Below, piece after piece: positions 28,052 through 38,050 of a stretch of DNA of 64,000 bases. Both the position numbers and the translations under genes were made by a program. This DNA comes from Desulfobacterales bacterium (GTDB taxonomy: Bacteria > Desulfobacterota > Desulfobacteria > Desulfobacterales > UBA5852), in NCBI GenBank assembly GCA_963674755.2, contig CAXXVS010000003.1, forward strand, positions 2,624,001-2,688,000, written 5' to 3'. Position 1 is the first letter of the stretch. Every line of letters starts with the position of its first letter. The notes beneath the pieces are model-generated. The model was not told the DNA's origin and searched no databases. It saw only the letters and a list, made by a program, of their open reading frames with translations.

Positions 28052-28291
28052 ATGCAGGTGCAGGTTAAACTTTACGGCACCCTGGGCAAGCAGGTGCCCG
28101 GCTACGACCACCGGCAGGGTTTGGCGGTGGAGGTGGCCGAGGGAGCTAACGTGGCGGATCTCATGGCCCGGATCGGCGTTCCCTTGAAGAAGATCGGGAT
28201 GGTCTCCCTGGACGGTCGTCTGGCCGGCCGGGAAGCCAGCCTGCAAGCCAATATGCTGGTCAAGGTTTTTCATCCGATTTTCGGCGGTTAG
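28052..28291 (+). CDS. MoaD/ThiS sulfur-carrier family protein
   Basis: VQVKLYGTL beta-grasp start and C-terminal GG; lies between two AOR genes. Confidence 0.88.
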   Translation: MQVQVKLYGTLGKQVPGYDHRQGLAVEVAEGANVADLMARIGVPLKKIGMVSLDGRLAGREASLQANMLVKVFHPIFGG

Positions 28292-28306
28292 TAAGGAGAA
28301 GGTGGA

Positions 28307-30067
28307 ATGGACGGCTGTTACGGCCAGGTTTTAAAAATCGATCTCAACACCCGGCAGTGGCGGGTGGAAGAAGTCCCGGAGGATATCCAGCAGACGTATC
28401 TGGGGGGCAAGGGGCTGGCCACTCACCTGCTTCTGGAGAACAATCCGGCCGGGGTCGATCCGCTGGCGCCGGAAAACACCCTCATCTTCGCCACCGGTCC
28501 GGCCACGGGCAGCGCCGTGTGGGGCGGCTGCCGCTACGGGGTGTACACCAAATCCCCCCAGACGGGCTTTTATGCGGAATCCTACTCCGGCGGCAAGGTG
28601 CCCGAGGCCATAGCCGCCACCGGGTACGATGCGGTGCTGATCCAGGGGGCCTGTGCCGCTCCGACGGTCCTGGCGATCTACCCGGACCGGGTGGATTTTC
28701 ACGACGCCGGCGATCTCTGGGGCCAGGATACCTATGCCAGCGAGGATGCCGTTCTGGCGCGCTTCCGGCGCGATGATGCCGGCTACAAGCGTCCGGGGGC
28801 GGTGGTCATCGGCCCGGCGGCCGAAAAGGGGATCCGTTTTGCCCTGATCAAGAACGACCGCTGGCGCAGCGCCGGGCGCACCGGGGTGGGCGCGGTCCTG
28901 GGCGCCAAACGGGTCAAGGGGATTCTCTTCCAGGGCGACCGCCAACGGCCCCTGCACGACGGGGAGGCGGTGCGCGCCTTGGCCAAGAACCTGGTGAAAG
29001 AGGGCAAGGACAACCCGGGGGTCAAGGCCTACAAGGCCATGGGAACCTCCCAGATGGTCAAGATCATGAATGCGGCCAAGGCCTTTCCCACCCGCTACTG
29101 GTCCCGGGGGACCTGCCCGCACTGGGAGGAGATCGGCGCCGACGCCCTGCACACGCGCTGCGAAGTCGAGCCCCACGCCTGCTTGAAGTGCTTCATGGCC
29201 TGCGGTCGGATGAGTCGGGTCAAGGAAGGGCCCCATGCCGGGCTCACGATCGAAGGACCGGAATACGAGACCATATACGCCTTCGGCGGTCTGTGCATGA
29301 TCGATTCCATCGAAGGGATCATCTACCTCAACGACATCTGCGACCGTCTGGGCATGGACACCATCACGGCCGGCAACCTGTGTGCCTTTACCATCGAGGC
29401 GGTACGTCGGGGCAAGGTCAATTTCGCGGTGGATTACGGCGATGTCGACGGCGTGGCCGCCTTGCTGCGGCTGATTGCCGCCCGGGAAGGCCTCGGCGCG
29501 GTGCTGGCCGAGGGACTGCGCCATGCCGCCGCCCGGTGGGACCTCGAAGACATCGCGGTGCATGTCAAGGGCATGGAGCCGGCCGGCTACGATCCGCGCC
29601 CCCTCAAAGGCATGGGGCTGGCCTACGCCACTTCCGACCGAGGGGCCTGCCACCTGCGGACGACGTTTTACAAGCCCGAACTCAGCGGGATGATCGATCC
29701 GGGCCAGGTGGAGGGCAAGGCCGAGCTGTTCATCGACTTCGAGGACCGCTTGACCCTTTTCGACACCCTTATTTTGTGCCGGTTTTACCGGGATCTTTAT
29801 CCCTGGGAGGCCCTCCGGGAGATGCTGAAGGCCCTCACCGGGATCGACGAGGATATTGCCGGCCTGCGCCAAAGGGCGGCGGCCATCGCCACCCTCACAC
29901 GGCGCTTCAACATCCGGGAGGGTCTGACCTCCCAGGACGACCGTCTGCCCCGCCAGTTGCATCGCCGCCTGGAAGATTCGGAGCAGGTGGTCACTGAGGA
30001 AGAGATTCATACCATGGTGCAGGACTACTACCGGTTGCGCGGTTGGGATGCGCAGGGCTCGCCCTAA
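28307..30067 (+). CDS. Aldehyde:ferredoxin oxidoreductase family (W/Mo-pterin), copy 2
   Basis: TKSPQTG, GRTGVGAVLGAKRVK, CLKCFMAC, EGPEYET, DRLGMDT, TSDRGACH, YYRLRGWD. Confidence 0.95.
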   Translation: MDGCYGQVLKIDLNTRQWRVEEVPEDIQQTYLGGKGLATHLLLENNPAGVDPLAPENTLIFATGPATGSAVWGGCRYGVYTKSPQTGFYAESYSGGKVPEAIAATGYDAVLIQGACAAPTVLAIYPDRVDFHDAGDLWGQDTYASEDAVLARFRRDDAGYKRPGAVVIGPAAEKGIRFALIKNDRWRSAGRTGVGAVLGAKRVKGILFQGDRQRPLHDGEAVRALAKNLVKEGKDNPGVKAYKAMGTSQMVKIMNAAKAFPTRYWSRGTCPHWEEIGADALHTRCEVEPHACLKCFMACGRMSRVKEGPHAGLTIEGPEYETIYAFGGLCMIDSIEGIIYLNDICDRLGMDTITAGNLCAFTIEAVRRGKVNFAVDYGDVDGVAALLRLIAAREGLGAVLAEGLRHAAARWDLEDIAVHVKGMEPAGYDPRPLKGMGLAYATSDRGACHLRTTFYKPELSGMIDPGQVEGKAELFIDFEDRLTLFDTLILCRFYRDLYPWEALREMLKALTGIDEDIAGLRQRAAAIATLTRRFNIREGLTSQDDRLPRQLHRRLEDSEQVVTEEEIHTMVQDYYRLRGWDAQGSP

Positions 30068-30139
30068 TTGGCGCTTTGCTCTGCCGCATCCTTTGGCAAA
30101 CGTCCATCAACTTCACTACGACCTGGAATTTAGGGACCT

Positions 30140-31193
<1,054 letters not shown>

Positions 31194-31201
<8 letters not shown>

Positions 31202-32102
31202 TGCGCTTTTATCCTGGTACGGGGAGCTGACGACCCGCGGGCGCCTCCTCAAACGCGGTTCCGCGCTGCTGATGCCGGGCATGCTGTGGCTGATGCTGTT
31301 TCTGGTCCTGCCGGGCTTGGTGCTCGTGGTGGTGAGCTTCGCCACCCGCGGCGCCTACGGTCAGCTGGAATGGACCTTTACGGTGGAAAACTACCAGCGT
31401 CTAGCCGGGTTCTCGCTTTTCGGCTGGACATCAGACTACCTGATCATCCTGTGGCGCTCGGTGGTGGTGGCCCTGGTCACCACCCTGGTTTCGGTAGTGC
31501 TCTCCTATCCGCTGTGTTTCTTCATTGCGGCCCGCTCGGAGCGCAGCCGCTACATGTGGCTGACCCTGGTGATCATTCCCTTCTGGACCAACATGGTCAT
31601 CCGAGCCTACGCTTGGTTTCTGATCCTGGCGCCGGAAATGCCCTTTGCCAAAATCGCCGCCTTTTTCGGATTCATCCCGGACGGCATGCCGCTCTACCCC
31701 AATGCTTTTGCGGTCTACCTCGGCATGGTCTCCATGTTTCTGCCGTTTGTGACCTTACCCCTTTTCGCCAGTGTCGAACGGATCGACTGGGCCCTGGTGG
31801 AGGCCGCCCAGGACCTCTACGCCTCGCCGGTGCGGGTTTTCACCCAGGCCATTTTGCCCCAGACCATGCCCGGGCTTTCCGTGGGCATCATCCTGACTTT
31901 CGTGCCGGCCATGGGGATGTTCGTGGTGCCGGACCTGCTGGGCGGCGCCAAATACATGCTGGTGGGCAACCTTATCCAGCAACAGTTCGGGTCCAGCCGC
32001 GACTGGCCCTTCGGGGCGGCCATCAGCATGGGCCTCATGGTGCTCACCATGATCGGGCTGCACATCTACCGGCGCAAGGGCAAGGAGATCGAATACGTAT
32101 GA
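31194..32102 (+). CDS. potB: Polyamine ABC transporter permease
   Basis: IIPFWTNMVIRAYAW, LVEAAQDL, PDLLGG, GNLIQQQFGSSRDWPFGAA. Confidence 0.88.
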
Positions 32103-32899
32103 GACGCAATCACCTGATCACGGTTACCCTGTCCCTGATGACCATGGCATTTTTGTATCTGCCCTTGATCGGGGTGGCCGTCTTTTCCGTCAACAGTGCC
32201 CGGCGGGGGCTGGTCTGGAAGGGGTTCACCCTGAGTTGGTACACCAAGCTCTTCGAGAACGAGTGGATCTTGGAGGCGGCCTGGAACACCCTGGTGCTGG
32301 CCCTGGTTTCGACGGTCATCGCGACGGTTCTGGGGACGATCCTGGCCATCGGCATGGACCGCTTCCCCTGGAGCAAGCGCACCAACGGCTTTCTCGATAT
32401 CATTCTCCACATCCCCGTGGTCATCCCGGACATCATCTTGGCCGCCGCTCTGGTGGTGGCCTTCGGTCTGCTGCGGGTGGTTTCCTCGATTTTTGAACCG
32501 GGACTGATCAACATGATCATCGGACACATCACCTTCCAACTGGCTTTCGTGGCGCTGGTGGTGCGCAGCCGCCTGGTGGCCATCGGCAGCGAGGTGGAGG
32601 AAGCCGCCCGGGATCTTTTCGCCAGCAACTGGTATCTTCTGCGCAAGGTCATGCTGCCCCTGCTCATGCCCGGCATCATTGCCGGCGGCATGCTGGCCTT
32701 TACGCTTTCGCTGGATGATTTTGTGATCAGCTTTTTTACGGCCGGCCCTGAATCCCAGACCCTGCCGCTCTTCATTTTTGCCGCCGTGCGACGCGGGGTG
32801 ACGCCCCAGATTCATGCCCTGTCTACCCTGGTCATGTTGATTACGGTCGTGCTGGTGGTGGCGACCGAACGATTTACGCGCAGTAAGGAGAAAGAATAA
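32099..32899 (+). CDS. potC: Polyamine ABC transporter permease
   Basis: FLYLPL, WKGFTLSWY, EEAARDL, AFTLSLDDFVISFF, TLPLFIF. Confidence 0.88.
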   Translation: MRRNHLITVTLSLMTMAFLYLPLIGVAVFSVNSARRGLVWKGFTLSWYTKLFENEWILEAAWNTLVLALVSTVIATVLGTILAIGMDRFPWSKRTNGFLDIILHIPVVIPDIILAAALVVAFGLLRVVSSIFEPGLINMIIGHITFQLAFVALVVRSRLVAIGSEVEEAARDLFASNWYLLRKVMLPLLMPGIIAGGMLAFTLSLDDFVISFFTAGPESQTLPLFIFAAVRRGVTPQIHALSTLVMLITVVLVVATERFTRSKEKE

Positions 32900-32916
32900 C
32901 AACGGGCGCACCGGAC

Positions 32917-32968
32917 ATCGCGATCGGGATCGCCATCGAAAATTCGATTCCGATAGCGATTTCGATTT
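32917..32968. repeat. Hexamer-periodic palindrome (ATCGNN)4-(CGATNN)4
   Basis: ATCGCG ATCGGG ATCGCC ATCGAA AATT CGATTC CGATAG CGATTT CGATTT, between potC and potD. Confidence 0.75.
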
Positions 32969-33042
32969 GGATGGGATATTATGCGTTGATTTTTACGAGG
33001 GAGAGGCAATCACAGGCAACCTGATAGGGAAGGAGAAGGAAG

Positions 33043-34092
33043 ATGCGCAAGTTGACGCTGTTCGTGGTGGTTCTGGCATTGTTGGCCGTACCGTTGGCGG
33101 CCGTCGCCGAAGAGCTCAGGATCTTCACCTGGTCGGAGTACATGGACGAGGAGAAAATGCCGGCGGACTTCGAGGCCAAGTACGGCATCAAGGTCCGGCT
33201 CGACATTTACGAAAATAACGAGGAAATGGTGGCCAAGCTCCAGGCCGGCGGCGTGAGCCAGTACGACATCATCGTGCCGTCGGACTACATCATGCCGGTG
33301 CTGATCAATCAGCACCTCATCCAGCCCCTGGACCACTCCAAAATCCCCAATCTGAAAAACCTCAAACCGATTTTCCGCAACACCACCTATGATCCCGGCA
33401 ACAAGTATTCCGTGGCCTACCAGTGGGGCACGGTGGGTCTGATGTATCGCAAGGACAAGGTTTCGGAAGACGCTGTCAAGTCCTGGTCGGTGCTCTTCGA
33501 CCCTGCCAAGCAGCCCGGGCCCTTCTGGCTCATCGATTCGGTGCGCGAGATGATGGGGATTGCGCTGCTTTACGAAGGCTACGATTTCAACAGCACCGTT
33601 CCCAAAGAGTTGAAGGCCGCCGCCGACATGCTGGTGGCCACCAAAAAGACCGCGGACTGCCTGGGCTTCAAGCCCGGTGTGGGCGGCAAGAACGATGTCG
33701 TGGCCGGTACGGCCGTAGCGGCCATCGTCTACAACGGGGATGCCATTCAGTCGGTGACGGAAAACCCGGACGTGCTGGGCTTCACGATTCCCAAAGAGGG
33801 CAGCGAGATCTGGTACGATTCCATGTGCATCCCGGCCAAGGCGCCCAACCCGGATGCGGCCCTCAAGTGGATCAACTGGATCCTGGATCCCAAGGTGGGG
33901 GCGGAGCTCTCCAACTACAACCAGTATGCCACCCCCAATGCCGCGGCCGAGCAGTACATTACGCCCGAAGATCTTCAGAATCCGGGCATCTATCCCACCC
34001 CGGAGGTTATGGAAAAGCTGCACTTCACCAAGGATCTGGGGAAAGAAAATCGTATCATGGATGAAGCCTGGACCCGGGCCAAGTCCCACTGA
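33043..34092 (+). CDS. potD: Polyamine-binding periplasmic protein
   Basis: Signal peptide, FTWSEYM, YDIIVPSDY, YDPGNKYSVAYQWGTVG, IPKEGSEIWYD. Confidence 0.9.
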   Translation: MRKLTLFVVVLALLAVPLAAVAEELRIFTWSEYMDEEKMPADFEAKYGIKVRLDIYENNEEMVAKLQAGGVSQYDIIVPSDYIMPVLINQHLIQPLDHSKIPNLKNLKPIFRNTTYDPGNKYSVAYQWGTVGLMYRKDKVSEDAVKSWSVLFDPAKQPGPFWLIDSVREMMGIALLYEGYDFNSTVPKELKAAADMLVATKKTADCLGFKPGVGGKNDVVAGTAVAAIVYNGDAIQSVTENPDVLGFTIPKEGSEIWYDSMCIPAKAPNPDAALKWINWILDPKVGAELSNYNQYATPNAAAEQYITPEDLQNPGIYPTPEVMEKLHFTKDLGKENRIMDEAWTRAKSH

Positions 34093-34142
34093 GACAACAA
34101 CGGCGCGTCGGTGATCGGCTGACCGGCCGTTGGTAAGCCCTG

Positions 34143-34179
34143 CAAGGCCTGATTCCGTACGCGAATCAGGCCTTGTTTT
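34143..34179 (+). terminator. Strong hairpin between potD and aguA
   Basis: Perfect 13-bp stem CAAGGCCTGATTC / GAATCAGGCCTTG, 7-nt loop, followed by TTTT. Confidence 0.7.
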
Positions 34180-34194
34180 CAGAGGATTGAAGCG

Positions 34195-35310
34195 ATGGCG
34201 CAGACCTTCCCAAAACAAACACCCCGCGGCGACGGGTTCCGCATGCCGGGTGAATTCGAGCCCCATGCCGGCTGCTGGATCCTGTGGCCCGAGCGGAGCG
34301 ACAACTGGCGCTTGGGGGCCAAACCGGCCCAAAATTGCTTTGTGGCGGTGGCCACGGGCATTGCCCGTTTCGAGCCTGTGACCGTAGGGGTTACCCGAGC
34401 CCATTTCGAAGATGCCCGTCACCAGCTTCCCGACCATATCCGGCTCGTGGAGATGACCCATGACGATGCCTGGATGCGCGACGTGGGGCCGACCTTTGTG
34501 GTCAACGACGCCCGGGGATTGCTGCGCGGGATCGACTGGGAGTTCAACGCCTGGGGCGGCCTGGCCGGCGGGCTCTATTTCCCCTGGCACGACGACGATC
34601 TCGTGGCCGGCAAGGTGCTGGAGATCGAGCGGACCGACGGCTACCGGGCGCCCCTGGTCCTGGAAGGCGGTTCGATCCATGTGGACGGGGAGGGGACATT
34701 GCTCACCACCGAGGAGTGTCTTCTCAATCCGAACCGGAATCCTGCGCTCTCAAGAAGCGCAATCGAAGCCCATTTGCGGGACTACCTGAATGTAGAGCGC
34801 ATCATCTGGCTGCCCCGAGGCGTTTATATGGACGAAACCGACGGCCATGTGGACAACCTGTGCTGCCTGGCCCGGCCCGGGGTCGTGCTGCTCACCTGGA
34901 GCGACGACCCCGAGGATCCGGTCTACAAGATCTGCCGGGAGGCCCATGCGATCCTCTCCCGGGAGTGCGACGCCCGGGGGCGGGCCTTCGAAATCCAGCC
35001 TGTCCATCAGCCCGGCCCGCTGTTCATGACCGAAGAAGAAAGCATCGGGCTGTCCTATTCCCGTTCAGCCAAACCGCGGCGCCCGGGGGACCGGCTGGCG
35101 GGCTCCTACATCAATTTCTACATCGCTAACGGCGGGGTGGTGATGCCGCTGTTCGACGATCCCCACGACGCGACAGCCCTGGAAACCGTGCAGGCCTGTT
35201 TTCCAGAGCGAGAGGTGGTGGGGGTGCCGGCCCGGGAGATCCTCCTGGGGGGCGGCAACATCCACTGCATCACCCAACAACAGCCGGCCGTATCAAATTA
35301 TCGAACGTAA
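34195..35310 (+). CDS. aguA: Agmatine deiminase
   Basis: [59 protein letters not shown]. Confidence 0.96.
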   Translation: MAQTFPKQTPRGDGFRMPGEFEPHAGCWILWPERSDNWRLGAKPAQNCFVAVATGIARFEPVTVGVTRAHFEDARHQLPDHIRLVEMTHDDAWMRDVGPTFVVNDARGLLRGIDWEFNAWGGLAGGLYFPWHDDDLVAGKVLEIERTDGYRAPLVLEGGSIHVDGEGTLLTTEECLLNPNRNPALSRSAIEAHLRDYLNVERIIWLPRGVYMDETDGHVDNLCCLARPGVVLLTWSDDPEDPVYKICREAHAILSRECDARGRAFEIQPVHQPGPLFMTEEESIGLSYSRSAKPRRPGDRLAGSYINFYIANGGVVMPLFDDPHDATALETVQACFPEREVVGVPAREILLGGGNIHCITQQQPAVSNYRT

Positions 35311-35359
35311 TCTTAAGCGGGAGCGGCTTGTTACGCTCCGCTGAAAGAGATTGTAAACG
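35300..35359 (-). mobile_element. Integron attC-like site (60 bp, degenerate R'')
   Basis: Minus strand reads CGTTTAC-AATCT-CTTTCAGC-[GGAGCG...CGCTCCC]-GCTTAAG-ATTAC-GTTCGAT, giving R''/L''/L'/R' spacing 7-5-8-21-7-5-7. It starts 2 nt after the flavin reductase stop. Confidence 0.65.
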
Positions 35360-35361
35360 CA

Positions 35362-35982
35362 TTATTGCTTTTTCAGTAAAGGCCGTTTCAGCTCAAATAG
35401 TTCTCGTGTATATGAATAATAATCGCCACCCATCTTCCCTACTGCATCAAGGAATTTGGGATTAATCGATCTATTGAGAAAAATTCTATCATCAATATGG
35501 ATGCCGATGACATCAAGCAGCATCAATTTGCCGCCTCTGATTGAATCCGAAATGGAGATCACTTCCTTCAATCGGCATTCATAGCGTACTTTTGAATCTT
35601 TTACGCCAAGGGGAGAAACTGATACGCTGTGCACTTGTTCGACTCCGGCAATCGAAAACTCGCTGGCATCATGGGGATAGTCAGCACAGGTTATATTCAT
35701 TTTATCCACTTGTTCGGAGCTGACGATGTTGACAACACATTCCTTTGTTTCTTGTAGATTAATGAGCGTATCCTTTGCCAAACGATCCATAGGTGTTATA
35801 TGGGTGATACTAAGAACTGGCGGATTACAACTGGCGACCGTGAAAAAAGAGTAGGGAGCGAGGTTCATCACCCCTTTTGAACTCTGCGAACTTATCCAAG
35901 CGATGGGACGTGGACAAACACCTCCGATCAGGAGGTGATAAATTTCCTGTGATGTATCTATTTTTGCAATCTCCAAGAACAA
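35362..35982 (-). CDS. Flavin reductase-like (DIM6/NTAB family) FMN-binding protein, AT-rich
   Basis: PRPIAWISS, NLAPYSFF, KDTLINL, ECVVNIV, DAVGKMGG; probable TTG start after RBS AAGGAGA. Confidence 0.88.
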   Translation of the reverse strand: MFLEIAKIDTSQEIYHLLIGGVCPRPIAWISSQSSKGVMNLAPYSFFTVASCNPPVLSITHITPMDRLAKDTLINLQETKECVVNIVSSEQVDKMNITCADYPHDASEFSIAGVEQVHSVSVSPLGVKDSKVRYECRLKEVISISDSIRGGKLMLLDVIGIHIDDRIFLNRSINPKFLDAVGKMGGDYYSYTRELFELKRPLLKKQ

Positions 35983-36560
35983 GGCTGTTCTCCTTTTAAC
36001 AAATACTATTTTTCTTAAATCAGTGAATAAAAGTAGCAAAATATGCTACCTTAAAGTTCACCTCCTTATCTTCAATAGAACTCGTAAATCACGTGAGAAT
36101 AAGTTAAACAAATATGAAATATTTCTTGATTAGCTAGATCACAACAGATGTTACATAGCCAACAAATAGACTCGTATTGCCTAGGGAAGTATACCCTTTA
36201 TTTAAGTTGTCGGAATTTGAAAGCGGCCCTCGCGGTTTCATTGGCATTGGCAGCTAACAAGGAATCTAATGATACATCTTGATCTATTTGAACAAGCGAC
36301 TGGGCCAGACGAGGTTTAATCCAAGTATAGATAAATTACCAATTCGATTGATTTGTTTGGCGTGACACATAGACATGTTGGCAATGAACATCTAAGAGAT
36401 TATTCCGCCCGAGAGATGTTCGCAAACCGTCAAAGCCCGTAGCATTCAGCTGCATAGTACCTACTTTGAGTTGGATATTCCCGGTTACGGCACTGATCAG
36501 ACCGATGCAGCCCTATCAGTTCGCCCTAAGCCATTCCATTTAGTATTGGTGAAAAGCTCG

Positions 36561-37382
36561 TCAGGATTTTGAGAGGAAATCCATTACGGCAGCAGAAAAT
36601 TTTTCTTCCTGCTCCAGATTGGATAGATGGGCGGCATCCAATTCAACGAATTCGGCACCGGCAATTGCTTCCACTAGAAAACGACCATCCGACGGCGGTG
36701 TCGCCGGGTCGGCGCTGCCCGATATGACAAGGGTTGGTGCCTTGATATGGCCGATACGGTCGCGCAGATCCACCTCGCGGATGGCGAGGCAGCTTGCAGC
36801 ATATCCTTCGGCAGGCGTATCCACAAGCATCCTATGTAGCGCGTCTGCCAGCTCGGGTCTGGCCTTGGCGAATCCAGGTGTCAACCAGACCGACAGCACT
36901 TTGTCAGCGATCGCCGATAGACCGTCCTGGCGGACGATTTGAACACGCGAGGTCCAGTTGTCAGGCGGCCCGATATAAGCCGCCGTGTTGGCCAGGACCA
37001 GTTTGTCAATGCGATCGGCGTGGTCCAAGGCGAGGCACATGCCCGTCAGGCCACCCATCGACAGGCCGCAGAAAGAAAAGCGGTCGATTTGCAGATGATC
37101 CACAAGTGAGATGATGTCGTTCCCCAACTGTGCAAGCGTATAAGGCCCTGAAGGGACCGATGAACGGCCGTGGCCCCGCGTGTCGTAGCAGACGACACGA
37201 TACCGGGCTGTGAGTCGTTTGATCTGGGGCTCCCACATTTTCATATTGGTTCCAAGGGAATTGGATAATACGATCACAGGGCGTGACTCATCGCCATGCA
37301 GTTCGTGGTGCAGACGCACTTCAGGTAACTGTGCAAAAAGTGAAGGCATGGTGGGCAGGTTCCTTTCTGCTTCGGATGTCAT
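36561..37382 (-). CDS. pcaD: 3-oxoadipate enol-lactonase
   Basis: VLSNSLGT, YDTRGHGRS, GLSMGG nucleophile elbow, NTAAYIG, EGYAASC, AAHLSNLEQ. Confidence 0.88.
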   Translation of the reverse strand: MTSEAERNLPTMPSLFAQLPEVRLHHELHGDESRPVIVLSNSLGTNMKMWEPQIKRLTARYRVVCYDTRGHGRSSVPSGPYTLAQLGNDIISLVDHLQIDRFSFCGLSMGGLTGMCLALDHADRIDKLVLANTAAYIGPPDNWTSRVQIVRQDGLSAIADKVLSVWLTPGFAKARPELADALHRMLVDTPAEGYAASCLAIREVDLRDRIGHIKAPTLVISGSADPATPPSDGRFLVEAIAGAEFVELDAAHLSNLEQEEKFSAAVMDFLSKS

Positions 37383-37385
37383 ATG

Positions 37386-37682
37386 TCACAGATAATTTTG
37401 TCCGGCCAGATAGGCTTTGCGCCAGCGCACGATAGTGATACGCTCAAACAAGCCGGCCTTGAAAAAGGGGTCGGCGGCGATAAAAGCTTCGGCTTCTTTG
37501 CGGGTGTCGACATCCAGAATATAGATGCCGCCGCCGGCATCGGCACCGCCGTCTTCGAGCTTGGCGCCGCAGGCGAGCAGTTTGTCCTTGTTTTCCTCCA
37601 GAAAGACGAGATGTTCGGGCCGCACGTCTCGACGCATCTGCCTGTGGTCAGGCTTGTCGAAAGTTTCGATAAGAAAAGGCAT
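37386..37682 (-). CDS. YciI family protein
   Basis: DKPD...RRDVRPEHLVFL, LLACG, ADPFFKAGLF. Confidence 0.85.
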   Translation of the reverse strand: MPFLIETFDKPDHRQMRRDVRPEHLVFLEENKDKLLACGAKLEDGGADAGGGIYILDVDTRKEAEAFIAADPFFKAGLFERITIVRWRKAYLAGQNYL

Positions 37683-37703
37683 CGGTTATTCTCCAAGACG
37701 TCT

Positions 37704-37988
37704 TCAATTGTCGGCGATCGCTGACGGATGTTGGGCCAGCGGAATGACACTGATTTGCATGAACGGGAAAAGCGGCAGCGCGCTGATCAGGTCGTGCAGT
37801 TCATCGTGCGTGCTCACATCAAATACACTGTAATTGGCATACTGACCGGCGACACGCCACAAATGGCGCCATTTTCCCTCACGCTGCAGTCGCTGGGCCA
37901 TTTCCTTCTCCTTGCGTTTGAGTTCTTCGGCGGCATCCTGATCGAGATCGTTTGGAATCTCAACGTTCATATGGACTAGATAAAGCAC
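37704..37988 (-). CDS. catC: Muconolactone delta-isomerase
   Basis: GTG start after AAGGAGG; EKEMAQRLQREGKWRHLWRVAGQYANYSVFDV and LPLFPFMQISVIPLAQHPS match CatC. Confidence 0.93.
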   Translation of the reverse strand: MLYLVHMNVEIPNDLDQDAAEELKRKEKEMAQRLQREGKWRHLWRVAGQYANYSVFDVSTHDELHDLISALPLFPFMQISVIPLAQHPSAIADN

Positions 37989-38050
37989 GGCATCCTCCTT
38001 TTTGTCGGGATGAAAAAGCAGTCGCCGGCAGTGTTGCTGCCGGCGTAGCG

